A stretch of DNA of 39,099 bases from Pseudomonadota bacterium (GTDB lineage: Bacteria > Pseudomonadota > Gammaproteobacteria > Burkholderiales > Methylophilaceae): positions 1 through 39,099 of the forward strand of contig JBDLQN010000002.1 of NCBI GenBank assembly GCA_039800585.1, read 5' to 3'. This document shows, piece by piece, positions 38,412 to 39,099 of the stretch. Under the pieces are notes generated by a model that saw only the letters and a program-made list of their open reading frames with translations, searched no databases and was not told the DNA's origin. Made by a program: the position numbers and the translations under genes. Within the stretch, counting starts at the first letter, position 1; every line of letters starts with the position of its first letter.

Positions 38412-38855
38412 ATGCTCACTTGGGAAGATATTGAAAAGTTCGTCAAAACTGGCACGCCAGCCGCTGACAAAAGAATCGTCAAAACTGGCGAGCAATGGAA
38501 AAAGTTACTCAATGAAGATGTCTACTGGGTGACCCGTGAAGCTGGTACTGAGCGTCCTTTTAGCTCGCCTATGTGTTCGCATTTTGAACCGGGCAAATAT
38601 GTTTGCGCTTGTTGTGACACCCTGCTTTTTGATTCCTCCGAAAAATTCGACTCAAAGACGGGCTGGCCTTCTTTCACGCAGCCCATTCAAGGCAATTCGA
38701 TTGCCTATTACCTCGATGACAGCCTAACAAAAGAGCGTATTGAAATCACATGCAATACTTGCGATGCGCATTTAGGTCATGTTTTTCCAGACGGCCCTGC
38801 GCCAAGCAAACTGCGCTACTGCGTTAACGCGTTGGCGATTAAAAGACAAGAATGA
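38412..38855 (+). CDS. msrB: Peptide-methionine (R)-S-oxide reductase
   Basis: GTERPFS, two CxxC motifs, GWPSF, HLGHVFPDGP, RYCVN. Confidence 0.96.
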   Translation: MLTWEDIEKFVKTGTPAADKRIVKTGEQWKKLLNEDVYWVTREAGTERPFSSPMCSHFEPGKYVCACCDTLLFDSSEKFDSKTGWPSFTQPIQGNSIAYYLDDSLTKERIEITCNTCDAHLGHVFPDGPAPSKLRYCVNALAIKRQE

Positions 38856-39099
38856 GTTTCGAAACAGCTTATTTAGCGGGAGGATGCTACTGGGGCATGG
38901 AAGAGTTATTCCGCTCACTGCCAGGTGTAATTCAAACAGAAGTCGGCTTTTCTGGTGGTCATATTGCCAACGTTGGCTACCGCGAGGTTACTACGGGCAC
39001 CACAGGCCATGCTGAAACATTAAAGATTGTTTTTGATCCGGCCGTGACGACTTATCGTGACTTGCTGTTTGAATTCTTTCGTATCCACAATCCAACAAA
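38852..39099 (+). CDS. msrA: Peptide-methionine (S)-S-oxide reductase (3' end runs off the window)
   Basis: Manual translation: MSFETAYLAGGCYWGMEELFRSLPGVIQTEVGFSGG...TGTTGHAETLKIVFDP...FFRIHNPT; ATGA overlap with msrB. Confidence 0.93.
   Translation, partial: MSFETAYLAGGCYWGMEELFRSLPGVIQTEVGFSGGHIANVGYREVTTGTTGHAETLKIVFDPAVTTYRDLLFEFFRIHNPT

Overview
A roughly 45% GC chromosomal window from a methylotrophic betaproteobacterium; gene content and order point to Methylophilaceae (inference). Left to right it contains: a partial Bcr/CflA MFS exporter; pqqABCDE, with the 23-aa pqqA missing from the ORF track; gyrA-serC-pheA-hisC; an H4MPT/methylofuran formaldehyde-oxidation cluster (mptG-mtdB-orfY-mch-orf5-orf7, divergent from fhcBADC); yigZ, a DUF302 protein and typA; two tandem DEAD-box helicases; rluC-HAD-Rieske-S49, divergent from rne; uvrB; a secreted trypsin-TPR protease; an aminotransferase; tRNA-Asn(GTT); msrB and partial msrA. 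No integrase, transposase, phage gene or CRISPR array was seen. The most unusual signals cluster around uvrB. First, its last codons recur twice downstream at about 100-nt spacing around a shared TTATGGCGCC core, each copy encoding an alternative in-frame C-terminus and overlapping a conserved hairpin. Second, a 43-nt palindrome interrupts an otherwise perfect rne/uvrB bidirectional terminator. Third, uvrB lacks about 94 nt covering helicase motif Ia and is frameshifted, which may be a real lesion or an assembly artefact. Long structured leaders precede the first DEAD-box helicase and rne.
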